Position numbers and translations under genes: made by a program. Of a DNA stretch of 64,000 nucleotides, positions 1 through 11,773 are shown piece after piece (position 1 is the first letter of the stretch; each line of letters starts with the position of its first letter). Under the pieces are notes generated by a model, which saw only the letters and a program-made list of their open reading frames with translations, did not search any database and was not told the origin of the DNA. The stretch spans positions 202,060-266,059 of the forward strand of contig NMRA01000258.1 of the NCBI GenBank assembly GCA_002633005.1, written 5' to 3'. This stretch comes from Phoronis australis (Eukaryota; Animalia; Phoronida).

Positions 1-13
1 TATTTCTTTCTAG

Positions 14-298
14 GTGTAGAAGGTTGTGATCAGATGGAGTTCCTTCAAATATTTTCTGTTTTCAAACGTGAAATATCAGGTCACACCATCAGTATTAACT
101 CAATGTCCAGTGGATGGCAGTGTGCAGTGCAGTGCTTCAGTGATTCTTCTTGCAAATCTGCTGATTTCACAAAACTCGATCAACACACTGGAAGTTGTCA
201 CTTTAAAAACATATCGTGGGACACTACTAAAGGTGACATCAGGAATCTACAAACTATTTCGTCCCATGCCACTCGACACATGGAGATAAGGTGTTTCA
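14..298 (+). CDS. Gene A exon: PAN/Apple domain
   Basis: tttctag acceptor and GTGAGT donor, phase 1-1; ...WQCAVQCFSDSSCKSADF...SCHFK...HMEIRCF shows the PAN C-x3-C-x5-C...C spacing. Confidence 0.85.
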
Positions 299-1004
299 GT
301 GAGTAGTGATAGTTATTTTCATCTTGATTTTTACGACGAAATTTTGCTTTTAAGAGCATCCTCAAGCAAATTTGTACGTTCGAAAATTCCGGGAAGTTTC
401 CGAAGCACCAGATTAAGACTTTTCATTTCGTTTCCCTGGTAACATAGTTATTGTGATGTTACTTTCCATCCACGAATTTTCGTGTTTTTCCTAAACCAAG
501 TGTACCTTTCAATTTGAAATTTTAACTACCATAAGAATCATTAAAATGAATACAACTCCTAATAGTGATATGCTTGGTTTTGATTCTAAAGTGAGGCCGA
601 ACTATTATGTTTCCTGTTGTTATTCCGAGTGTTCTCAACTAGGGCATTTGGGCAATGAATTGCTAATTACTTGGTGTTACAATAAACATAAAATCCCATA
701 CACTTCACCAAAAACTCGCTTTTATCGCCAAACCCCGTTCTTGGATCAAAACCTTGACACATAACATCTGCCCAAGATGGCCGGTTGTTTGTATACAATC
801 CCCCTAATTTAGGTTCTGTGAATTGAGCATTAGACTTGAAATCCGCAGTTGACATTAAATGAAGTATGATCTTGTGTAGTAAACAGAATATCACTTCATG
901 CAACATATTGGCGCAAAATTGATCGATAGCTATTCAAACTGAGCCACAGTGCTCAGACCAACACGGCAAGGAATTTTACTACACGTTTTGTCTATGAAAC
1001 GCAG

Positions 1005-1256
1005 ATCCATACGACTGCAAGACGAGCGAGAAGGGAGAAGACTACAGCGGCACCATACGGTCTACACTTTCGGGTATCAGTTGTCAGCGGTGGGACTCAC
1101 AAAGTCCACATACACATACAGCGACGCATCTCGGACCGGAGGAAAACTTTTGTCGAAACGTAACTCCAGATGTAGATCCGTATCCCTGGTGTTATACCGT
1201 TGACAATAGCAAACGCTTCGAGACCTGTGACGTTCCGTTTTGCCCTGGAGATAAAG
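1005..1256 (+). CDS. Gene A exon: Kringle domain (absent from ORF track)
   Basis: gcag acceptor and GTAAAA donor, 252 nt, phase 1-1; PYDCKTSEKGEDYSGTIRSTLSGISCQRWDSQSPHTHTATHLGPEENFCRNVTPDVDPYPWCYTVDNSKRFETCDVPFC has six Cys and the YxG, CQRW, NFCRN and PWCYT kringle motifs. Confidence 0.92.
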
Positions 1257-1464
1257 GTAAAAACCATCCGTTCTGGTAATTCTTTCCAATATGGACGTCA
1301 TTCGCATGTCTTCCCTATGAAATTTTTTAGAATTCTTGAGATTTTTCTTTCAACGGAGCCCTTGTACTTCGGAAGCCTTGTCCATGTAAGTGCGACTTTC
1401 AGATGTGAGCAAAGCAGTCTGCAATAAGTTAAACTACGTAATGTTTGGTTTTGTTGGGTTTCAG

Positions 1465-1645
1465 GAACGTTCCTTTGTCCTCCTGGATGGTACGGCATTA
1501 CATCGAAATGTTACACGTTCTTTAACGAAGAGCATAACTTGTATCGTTATGATGACGTTGTCGACTACTGCAATCAGAGAAATGGATATGTCCTTACGAT
1601 GAAGACACTCGAGAAATCGCTGGAAGTGGCGACACTTCTAACGAG
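1465..1645 (+). CDS. Gene A exon: C-type lectin-like domain, N-half
   Basis: tttcag acceptor and GTGATG donor, phase 1-2; TFLCPPGWYGITSKCYTFF...DYCNQRNGYVLTMKT. Confidence 0.85.
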
Positions 1646-2802
1646 GTGATGTGGTAGCTTTTTTGAAAAGATGTTTCCACTGTACTTATTTGTCAAAACG
1701 AAAATCTTGAACTAGGCCCCACAATAAAGTACGTTTGAAACCTTTAAGTACCATGTTAGCGACGACCTTCAGTTTATTGGTAAGTAAAAAAGTGTTATCA
1801 AGCCATCACTACTAACAGGGTTTGCCAACTCAACAAAAGACCTAAACCAGGTGTTGATTGAAGTAAAATTAGAAAATCAAGTAATGAGATTTTCTCTTAT
1901 TGCATCCGTCCCCACAGAATTTTTATGTTCACAATAGCTATTTTCGAAATAACTGCGCCATATTCAAATTCACTATCCTGTCGGACAGTGGCCAAGTCTT
2001 TGGTGGAGAGACGTTAAGCGCCATCTGCTTATCCCATGTAATACGTATGGGAGTTTTCAACATACTGGTATCAACTGCATTTTAACACATTTTCTCCTAC
2101 CCTAAAAGAGGCGAATTTTCATGGATATGCAGTGGGATGTATTTTAAGGTTACCGTAAAAGGCAGGCCTCTTGAAACGTCCATGGATGAAGGGCATCATA
2201 TGCCCTATTCATTCATAATTGCGAAGAAGAATAGGCGGCTGCAGTCATTAGCTGCGACTCACGAAAAGGAAAAAATTCGATCCCTGTCGGTGTCAAAACT
2301 TTCAAATATTGAATTAGCGAACTTGACGTAATCAAACAACGGTAGAAGTTGACGCTGGGATTTTGACACTGATTTTCTATTAATATGGGAAGGCTTAAAA
2401 CAATTTAAATTAATTCACCATTATATAGTTGTGAATTTCTGTACACGGTCGAATTTGAGTTGGGTTCAAGCTGGAGTCGCTTTCTCGCTCTCATTACTCA
2501 GGAGAGCACCACTATGATGAAAAGGCCTCTCTTGATTGTAGTTTCTATATCAGCAGCCGCGTGTGTTAAGAAAAAGGCGCCTTGGGGGTACGTTGGCCTG
2601 TGTGAACCTGTCGTGTTTCCAAATTACTTTACCGGAACATTCTATTACGCATGCGTTTGCTTGTAACTTCGTGGCTCCGTCAGCCAGGTATATTGCTCCA
2701 GGTTGACAACCCATAGCCGTGAGGAAGTTATATTGGTAAATACATAGATGCTGAGTTTTCCCAGTAGTGAAATGTATCACGAAATAAACACAGAACAATC
2801 AG

Positions 2803-2871
2803 GAACTCCAACTGGGAATCAAACCACAGGTCTCTAGATTGCCGGTCTAGTGCTCTTACCGCTGAAGACTA
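2803..2871 (-). mobile_element. tRNA-derived SINE-like head
   Basis: Minus strand TAGTCTTCAGCGGTAAGAGCA-CTAGA-CCGGCAA-TCTAG-AGACCTGTGGTTTGATTCCCAG: A-box-like, anticodon-like hairpin and B-box-like motifs; no clean acceptor stem. Confidence 0.45.
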
Positions 2872-3040
2872 GATATCTGTGTAATTACTGTTTACAGTCA
2901 AGTGTTATATTAATGTGATATACATTTACTACAGATGCTGTTAGTTAATATTTAAAGACAAAATGTCCAAAAATGAAGTCATATGACATTTTCTAGTCAG
3001 CCGCTTTGTCATTCCCATTTATAATGTAAGAAAACATTAA

Positions 3041-4180
3041 AGGCGAAGGCAACCTTTTTTCTTGGTTTTACGTTGAGTTTACCGTGCAAATCTGGCTATT
3101 CTACTTTTGTTTTGTGCTGTTTTTCAACAATTGTCGCCACCACTTTCCATCGGCGAGTATTCTGTGGCAAGATAGGTTAGTAGAGAACTCAACTACGTTG
3201 GATTTAGGGATTGTTTAGTGTGTTGTAAGCTGAAAATCATGGGCTGGAGTCGGTGACCCGTATCACAGTGACAGTAGTGTGAGTGACGGAGACCTTGTTC
3301 ACAGCAGTGGTGACGAGGAATTTTTTCACGGACATTCAGTGGGTGGGTACATGTTTGAGCCCGAGTATAACGAGGCAGAGTACGCACAGGCACAGGCAGC
3401 TGTTGAGAGAAACGAGGCNNNNNNNNNNNNNNNNNNNNNNNNNNNNNNNNNNNNNNNNNNNNNNNNNNNNNNNNNNNNNNNNNNNNNNNNNNNNNNNNNN
3501 NNNNNNNNNNNNNNNNNNNNNNNNNNNNNNNNNNNNNNNNNNNNNNAGTCACTGTACTGGCCACAACTTGCGAGGCTTCTCGCTTCAAAAACGCACTTCT
3601 CGGGGGTGGCGACGGGGCACTGCCGGGAATCAACACAGACGGAATGGCATCCTTCTTCAGGCGTTGTTTCGCAGGGACCTTCATCAGTTCAGCGTTCAAA
3701 TCCCTTTCGTAATCGGACGGCAGAAAGTGCTTGCCACACACACGGTAATTCTCGACTGCTTTTTACGTTGCGTGGACGGATAACGCTGCGTTCTTCACAC
3801 GAACGAGACAAGTACGGCGAAGTGTGTCATCCATCGGAAAGCGATGCTAAGGTACTCCCAAAGCGCGCGTGAGACGATAATTAGTACATCCCGGTACGCA
3901 GCAACAGTGTGGCATGTTGACTGACTAGTAAATGAAAGCAAACGACGACGTAACTTAACACAACCGAGGTAGAGCAATGACTGACTCGGCAGCTCTCACA
4001 GTCAGACTATATGAAAAGAAATTGGCGCGAAATGCTTGCCTCCTAAAACGTCACTTCCGGAGTAGCGGACGAGCAATTAGCAAAATTACGAAAAGCTGTA
4101 ATTAAGTGGAAAATATGTCTAGGATAACCAACCAAACTTATTTTAGCTCAAAATGACATGAAAAAAAGTTGTCTTCGCCT
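3041..4180. mobile_element. Non-autonomous Kolobok DNA transposon (internally deleted)
   Basis: TTAA TSD at 3037-3040 and 4181-4184; TIR AGGCGAAGGCAAC / GTTGTCTTCGCCT; contains a THAP stub (-) and a KolX-like YMFEP stub (+). Confidence 0.85.
3547..3915 (-). pseudogene. THAP zinc-finger N-terminus of Kolobok transposase, with two in-frame stops
   Basis: MPHCCCVPGCTN...VP*HRFP...AT*KAVENYRVCGKHFLPSDYERDL...RLKKDAIPSV: C2CH THAP signature and an AVPT-like box. Confidence 0.85.
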
Positions 4181-4422
4181 TTAAGTTACCCATAAAAAGT
4201 GGTCTCAAAATGCATCATCCATAACGGATCTGTTTGTCGGGACTCAGAGTCACGTAAAACGATCCATTTCCGGTGGCAAAACTACTTCATGATAACATTT
4301 ATACAGTGTTTTCTTGGTAACAAAGTAATTGTTCGTGCAGGAGTCAACCTAACAGGGTCCGTTTTGAATAATGCTTTTTTGTAGCTTGTAACGACCACGC
4401 TTTGTTTGTATGCTATATTTAG

Positions 4423-4667
4423 GTATGCCAGTATATTGCCACCTCGTGACACCTTTTGGCTTGGACTGACAGATGAAGATGCATCTGATGCGAGGCAGTA
4501 CACTTGGTCTGACGGCTCGTGGCTGACTAGTTTCGCGCTCTGGGATGACTTTCATCCTTCGAGCGATGAACTAAGACACGTCGTAATAAAGGTCGGCACT
4601 GATTTAAAATGGCGCCGTAATGCTGGTGAAGATCATCACGGTATCATTTGTGAAAAAGATGCTATCG
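4423..4667 (+). CDS. Gene A exon: C-type lectin-like domain, C-half
   Basis: tttag acceptor and GTAAGC donor, phase 2-1; FWLGLTD...YTWSDGS...W...HPS...W...GIICEK. Confidence 0.9.
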
Positions 4668-5209
4668 GTAAGCCAAGAGATTTATATTTGAACACAGTTC
4701 ATTTCGCCTCGTTTCGGCCTAAGGCACGGCATTAACTACGGTGCCATGGGTTCATTATACACCTGTGACGCAGTGTGCTTGCATGTGGTCACAAGTAGTG
4801 GAAGAGAAACTTTTAAAGCGACTATAAGGCTCCTTTTCTGAAAAAATAACATATTTTGATTTTTAAAAAGTACTTACCGATAGGAAATCGGTTTCAAAAT
4901 ATTCATTAGTTACAAGCTACGTGAAATCTCTGCTTTTGGAAAGTTATTGCTTGGGACTAGATTGTAAAATCGGGCTCGTTATGAAGTGTCATTTAATGCG
5001 TTGAACATGTACTCGAGCAATGGCGAAATGACATCTCTTTGTAAGGTCTAAAATCATTTAGCATCCGAGTAAGGAACAAGTTGAAACCAATTATATAAGG
5101 TACTACTTTTTGGACGCAATGAAGATTCAATGCATTTCTTGTTGTTATGATACGAATGGAGCAGGATCGCTACTAAAAGTGTTGGAACCACACATCTAGT
5201 GTAGTGTTG

Positions 5210-5502
5210 GATAACCACCGCTAGTATAGCGTTGGTATACAACGGCTACTATTATAGTGTTCGAGGACCACTGCTAGTATAGTGTTGAAACACTACCGCT
5301 GGTATAATGTAAGAATACCACCGCTAGTATAGAGTTGAAACACTACCGCTGGTATAATGTATGAATACCACCGCTAGTATAGTGTTGAAACACTACCGCT
5401 GGTATAATGTAAGAATACCACCGCTAGTATAGAGTTGGAGCACAACCAATAGTATTATGTGTTGAACACAACCGACAGTATTATGTATTGGAGCACAACC
5501 GA
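5210..5502. repeat. Minisatellite, about 27-bp monomer / about 50-bp dimer (ccaccgctagtatagtgttgaaacactaccgctggtataatgtaagaata)
   Basis: Directly visible tandem copies that degenerate at both ends. Confidence 0.85.
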
Positions 5503-5576
5503 TAGATTAAGTGTTAAAATAAGGAATCTTTGTAGTGGCTTTTACTGATCTTGTGTCCCCCCGTTTTTATTTTAAG

Positions 5577-5810
5577 TTCTCCCGGCATGTTATGGTCACT
5601 GGTCGTATGGTTCCATGGTAATCTATCAAAACGTGACGCAGCAACAGTGTCGTCGGACGTGTAAACAACGAGGCTACTTGTTTGCCGGATTTCGGGACGA
5701 AGAGAATTGCCGCTGCACAAATTACCTGGGTGTCTATAATTCGAGGAAAAGGTCGGAATGTAACACGTGTCAAGGACAATTCTGCTACTCTTGGATTTTG
5801 CTTGCTAAAG
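5577..5810 (+). CDS. Gene A exon: WSC-like domain
   Basis: ttttaag acceptor and GTTTGG donor (weak), 234 nt, phase 1-1; ACY...NVTQQQCRRTCKQRGYLFAGFRDEENCRC...SECNTCQGQFC matches the WSC T-x3-C-x3-C...AG...CxC pattern. Confidence 0.75.
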
Positions 5811-7546
5811 GTTTGGCAACGCCACTTTACCTTCCTGTGATCAGATTTTAACATTTATTCTTCTAAGCATACATATTCATGATAATATTTCTCAAGTCAT
5901 GTTTTACATGTCAATCAAGATAATGATTCAGACACTCAGGGCGCGTGAACAAGTAAATACAACAATTGCCCTCCATCTTTGTCCAACAAAGAGGGGCTGC
6001 CAGCAAAAGATGGTTTTACGATATCCTTTGATAGAGTGAATGAAGAAAAGTACATATCATTGATAAAAACTTGTCTCAGAGCACATGATCAACTGAATAT
6101 ACGCCTTCATAAACAAGCTCAAAGTAAAAATCACCATTAAAACATCCCGCAAATGTTTTAAACTAAATTGGAAAATATGCGGGTGACAGCGCACGCGACC
6201 TACGGAAACATGACGTCATTAATACAAATACACGTTCCATTGGATTACACTGTGGACACTGAAATGCATTTAAATGATAATTTTTCCACTATCAGTTGCG
6301 ATATGAAATAGCTTACCGGAGCACCTAGTCTTGTTAATGAACATAAGAGGAAAATTTGTGGTTCCTGTTGGAATTGTTTGAATGAAGCCTATCGTCCCAG
6401 TGACCTCGCTCAAAAGACTTGATATCGCAGGTATATTGCTGCTTGCAACTGCTCACGTGTTCAACCAGACCCATTTTGAGTATGGCCCCATGTGGTAACA
6501 TGAAATATCGTGTAAAATCTTGCGGGGCGGTCGTAAGAGTAATTATGATGGACGGAGCTTGAATTACCCGTTAAAAGCACGAATTCCTGGAGGAGTGTGT
6601 GTCAACATTGCGTGGAAAAGAAAAGTTTGACACATAAACTGTGGTTGACATGAAAACTCTGGCTGCTGGAAAAGTAATGACTTGATGAATACTTGGTATA
6701 GATGTCGAGCAATATGGGAAACCGCTGTAACGTGACCGTTCGATAAAGAAAAAGTGAAATTAATATTGGCACTCTATCAGTATTACGACAAAGTCTGCAT
6801 AGCCCAATGGTGGTTTTACCGAGCTTCCCCTGCTATTCTTAGAAACATGGCTACGGGTAATGTGAGCAAATCATCCGAATTTGCAAAACAATTAAATTGT
6901 TTGATAATGAATTTCGTCCACACACCCTTGGTCTATTTGATTTATTCACTGTTTTACACAGGTCCTTGGGAACGTAGAAATATAAAAAATGTGGGAAAAG
7001 ACAAACTTGACTTCATTTAATTCATTCACCCAAGGTTGCAAGTTCTTCCACATACACAGCCCGCAGCAGATGCATTAAAATCTCCACTGTATAAAAATGC
7101 TATGTCTCATTAAAACTGTGAATATTTGAATTTGTAGCAAGCGCCACCTAGTGAATTCCTGTAGAGATTTGTATACAGCTATAGTCAGGAAAATTTGTAA
7201 ATAAATTGCGGTTTTAAAGAAAACACCACAACTGATGAACTTAAAAGAGTGTGCCATGTAAAACACCATAGTAATTCCAAATTTTACGCAATCGTTATTT
7301 GATAGTGAAATGAACAGATAATAAAAACTATGTCTTGTTTAGTAGGGTAACGATGAATTATTACCACATTCATTTACATAAATATAGTCTCTCAAAACGA
7401 GATTTTCGCGAGATTGTAAAGGTTACTGGTTCTCGGGTGGTGTCCTGCACATCGAAGAACCCGGGGTTGTTTATAAATTAGCATTTCATTTGATATGCAT
7501 CTTTAAGCCATCAGATCCCCAATAAGATATCGCCCCAGATGCTTAA

Positions 7547-9118
7547 AGGAGAATGCCACCCGATTTAATTAGTCTTTTTACCGTCTTAATCGGTCCATAT
7601 CCTCATTGCCTCGCATACATATGACCTTACCTTGCCGAGAGGTGTCGCGTTAACCTGTGAGGAAGGTGAGAAACGACGCAGCGACGTCTGTGGTTCATTT
7701 GCAGCGTGAATGCCGCAATGTTGCGTTGCATCTTTCCCGCTTGTCCGAACTATGCAACAGAGGAGGAAAGCGGGTATATCGTTTTTTCGACTTCGAGTCC
7801 GAAATACTTAGGAAGTGGCTCGCGGTAGTGAAGAATGAAAACTACGCTGTAAATAGCAAGTATGAGGCCGTGAGGCTGTCGTCGACAGTCGGCGTCTGAC
7901 GCAAATGCCGGCTTACCAAATAAATATCCATACGTTCTGTTGCCTTCTACGGCGCTTCTCTAGTATTTCTTCATCACTGTATTACGTTTCGAACTGATAG
8001 CCTGTGAAACTTCACGATCCACCTGCGAAGTCTTCGTCGGATGAGCTCTTGTCTAAATCAGGATTGCGAGTTGCCATGTTGACTGAGCGTTCTCTTTCAA
8101 AATGAATTATTCTCACCCTAACCAATACTCAAGTGAAACTGAAACAAAGTCTGTCTCATTAGATACAATTTGTAATGTCTTTGGAGTGTTCGTGAATGCA
8201 ATGATTTGAGAAGCCAGCAATGAATAAATCACTGCGTCACGGGTTTTAGGTGCAATAAAACTAACTGACCGGACACCGAGGCCGTGTGACCGCATGTTAA
8301 TTCAGTGTTTGCTGACAGAAATGCTGTGAAACAATAACTCAATTTTCTATCCCACAGCCAAGTGTTAGGGGAATCTTTATTTACATATACGGTTCTGTGG
8401 CCAAAAAGGAACCTGAATTCGCAGCCCCCGACGAGTAAGTAGAATTGCAGTTTCGTGGCTAATTCACCAACATAATCACGTGCACATTACTTTTTTGCCT
8501 CACTAGTACAGTATTTTCTTGACTGAAAGTTTTAGTTTCCAACTTTGGCTGGTTTATGTTCGTGATGTCTTCAGTCCGGCCGCGTCGGGACTGATCGGGT
8601 TCCGAGCCACTGGCCGGGATAACAAGCGTTTTGTTTGTTTAGAACTCAAAACATCACAATTCTAGACAACACAGATCTAGGCTCTCCTGTCTGTATTTCA
8701 CGGAAGAATACTTCGAATTTATCTCCGAACAGACCCCAAACTCCTGCTAAGGACCTTGGTAAATTGGCCTGCCGAACTTTGTAGGCTACGCTGTGTCCAA
8801 ATACCAGTAAATCCATAACAGCGAAAAAAACAAAATGAACACGTTTTTATAAGAACCCAGTGTATTTTTAAGGGTTTTACATCGAAGTTTGATGATTTAT
8901 TGGTGTTTAATGATGAATTCAAGCGATAAGCTGTCACCAGTAAACCGTGTTGTGAACTGCTGAACAGATTGCGTGTGAAACCAATTACGTCATTGGATAA
9001 TTTTAACACCTCCGTCAGCCGTCAGGTGTCAGGTAACGCAACCGAACGTGGCGCCAGTAGAACTACTCGATCTAAATTGATACAAAATAGATGATTGTTA
9101 TTTGGGTGGCATGCTCCT
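7547..9118. mobile_element. Second non-autonomous Kolobok element (different family, decayed)
   Basis: TTAA|AGGAGAATGCCACCC ... GGGTGGCATGCTCCT|TTGA; THAP remnant on + from 7710 (MPQCCVA..GISFFRL../RKWLAVVKN) and KolX-like remnant on - from 8077 (SSSDEDF..GYQFE). Segment 8900-9030 recurs inverted at about 28590-28710. Confidence 0.75.
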
Positions 9119-11411
9119 TTGAAGTTGGTGCAATACTTTCTCAGCCGGTCGTACCGCCTCAGTTGCGAGATGAAGTGAGGCACTTCTAGCGTGAACCACT
9201 TCGTCTACTTAGGTCTAGATTCGATATATCATTATTATTTGTTTTCAATTATAAGCACTTGTTCTTTCTTCTGAATTTGTGCCACGAAATAGTGCCAGAA
9301 GTTATCCATTTACGGCATGCTTTCACACACCATAAAATGTAACAATTTCTTAAAATGTAACAACTGTTCCATTTTAAGTCTTTGTTACATGTTACGTTGG
9401 TAAGCCCCTCCTAAAATGCAACAAGTTTTTACATTTTCGTAATTGTTATATTTTACGTCGAATGTACTACCAAGACATGTTCCATTGTTACATTTTAGTA
9501 AACCAACGTCACATCACAAAGTAAATAACCAAACTCATGAACAAGTGGTATATGACACATCCGGGAATATTCAAGTATTTTTGGAAGAGGAGTACCGCTT
9601 GAAAATTTGGATATCTTCAGGTACCCATTTAGAGAGTGGGCTCCGACAAAAAGTGACCCATTTATCAAGTAATTTTAGTTAAAAATTCACATTTTCGCTC
9701 AGTTCTTTTCAAGAATTTCAGAAAAGCTACTCTTTTATATAGTACTTTATCGGAAACGGCTCCATTTCGGGGAGTATTTTTTGCTGTGATAAAAAACCTT
9801 TTGGGCGGTACTTTTCGTATACCTGTTTTATGGGAATGCCATCCGGGTTGTCACGGCATGAATTTGGCTAACCATTATCATTTTAGTAGCAGTATTACTA
9901 AAGCGAGTGCTGTTACAAAAGGATTTAAAGGGTTGCTGAGTTCAACCTTAACGATATTGTGAAAAACGTCTTGGCAGCTGTGGATGCAGAGTAGCCCTAC
10001 TTTTTGGAAACGAGGATGTTGAGATAAACAAAAATCTTTAGATGTGCGCCAACTTCAAAAATTGATAATTTCTTAACGATCGGCAAGCTCGGCATTGTTT
10101 GTAATACAACTATATCATTCTGTAGTTTGCCGCGAAGAGCTGAATTCAGGCTGTAATATTTTACATGCGACTTACATGTAAACCTGAAGATACCTGCCGT
10201 GTTATCATTTTTGTCTCTTGTTGAAAACAAAGCTGCTTTTCAAAGAACTGAGGCTCATTCCACGATGATGTGTAAGTTCAAAAATTGCTTTGAACTCTGG
10301 GGGCAGGCCATTTTCAAGAACTGATGACTGGTCAGCTATGGCTGCTTACCTGGTAACGGACATACAAAACACGCAACAATTTTATGTGGAACTGGTCCAT
10401 ACATTGTTTAAAGAACAAAGTCAGGGATTTGAACTACGTTTCGTTGAAAGTGAGTTGTATGGAACAAAAACAGATAACGTCGAAGTCAGCGATAGTGTTT
10501 GATATAAGCTTATTATGCGATGTAGCAAAAGGATTTTAACCAAATTCCCTTTACAACCACTAAATAAATGTTACTGACACTGAGCTGCGACACAACAAAT
10601 GGCGCCTCGTGAGACACGTGTCTTCACGTCTATTCTATCCAATATCTGTCAAAATTTATACTAAAGACAAACGAACATTGATAAAATAACCAGTTTAATA
10701 TATATAGATTATTACTTGGCGAAGTCTTCATCCCCCGTTAACTAGAGCCCGAGTGGATTTTGGAGAATTATCACCCGAGGGGCGTTAGCCCCGAGGGTGA
10801 TAATTCTACAAAATCCACGAGGGCTCTAGATAAGAGGGATATCGACTGAGAACATGTATTAATCTATTGATACCACATACTGAACGAGAAACATTGCAAT
10901 GAATCGATCTACCTTTCTCGACTCGCCTCGGCTTTGTAACTACTTTCTATGTCAGAGTCCAGGGGTCGTAGGTTGTGACCTTTTAGGAAAAGCTGAGCTA
11001 TTTTTTGTCAAATAATGGTTTTACTCAGAATCAATTGAAAATTTAATAAAATAGAAATAAAGTGAACCTATAAATTAAGGTTTGGCAACTATTTTAGCTT
11101 GCTACACATTTTATCACGCTAAGCTTCGACCGGGAAAATATCGTCTGCTAAAATAGGTTACCACTCGTAACTTAGTATAATGCTCAAGTCAAAGGATCTC
11201 GACCACACGATACCCGCATTCAAACTGGAGATCGGTGATTTACAAGTTAGAGAACATGAGAGAAAAATTTCACTGAATTAAAATACTGTTCTTATGGAAA
11301 TTTTGCGTCTTATTTTTCATACTGTATAAATGTCGGTACAATGCCCTTTGCTGAACATGCGATTGCTGCGCGTTCTCGTTTAAGTATTCTATTTTCACGT
11401 TCGATGACATC

Positions 11412-11490
11412 AGCTGCTGAGTGGTGTAGTGGTGAAGTCGGCGACTCGAAACTTTGAGGCCTGGTTCGAAACCGGCCTCGGTTACCCGCC
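11412..11490 (+). ncRNA. tRNA-like Pol III unit in left arm of foldback element
   Basis: A-box TGGTGTAGTGG, loop CTCGAAA, B-box GGTTCGAAACC; acceptor and anticodon stems are imperfect. Confidence 0.5.
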
Positions 11491-11694
11491 AAAATGTTAT
11501 CTCACTAGTGAGATAACTACACGGTTTTATACCACAATATTAGCCTCGAATGGCAGATACAACCGTGTAATAACCCAAAATGTTATCTCACTAGTGAGAT
11601 AACTACACGGTTTTATACCAAAATATTAGCCTCGAATGGCAGATACAACCGTGTAATAACCCATAAAGTTATCTCACTAGTAAGATAACATTTT

Positions 11695-11773
11695 GCCGGG
11701 AAACCGAGGCCGGTTTCGAACCCGGGTCTTAAAGTTTCGAGTTGCCGACTTTACCACTACACCACGCAGCGAC
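11695..11773 (-). ncRNA. tRNA-like Pol III unit in right arm of foldback element
   Basis: Minus strand GCGTGGTGTAGTGGTAAAGTCGGCAACTCGAAACTTTAAGACCCGGGTTCGAAACCGG, the mirror of 11412-11490. Confidence 0.5.

Noticed and set aside
11496-11689. CRISPR array (palindromic repeats with regular spacing)
   Set aside because: The two spacers are near-identical, there are no cas genes, and the context is a eukaryotic intron; it is a tandem repeat inside a foldback element.
11412-11773. Genuine tRNA genes (Ser-CGA-like loop)
   Set aside because: Acceptor and anticodon stems do not pair properly and there is no long variable arm; reported only as tRNA-like units.
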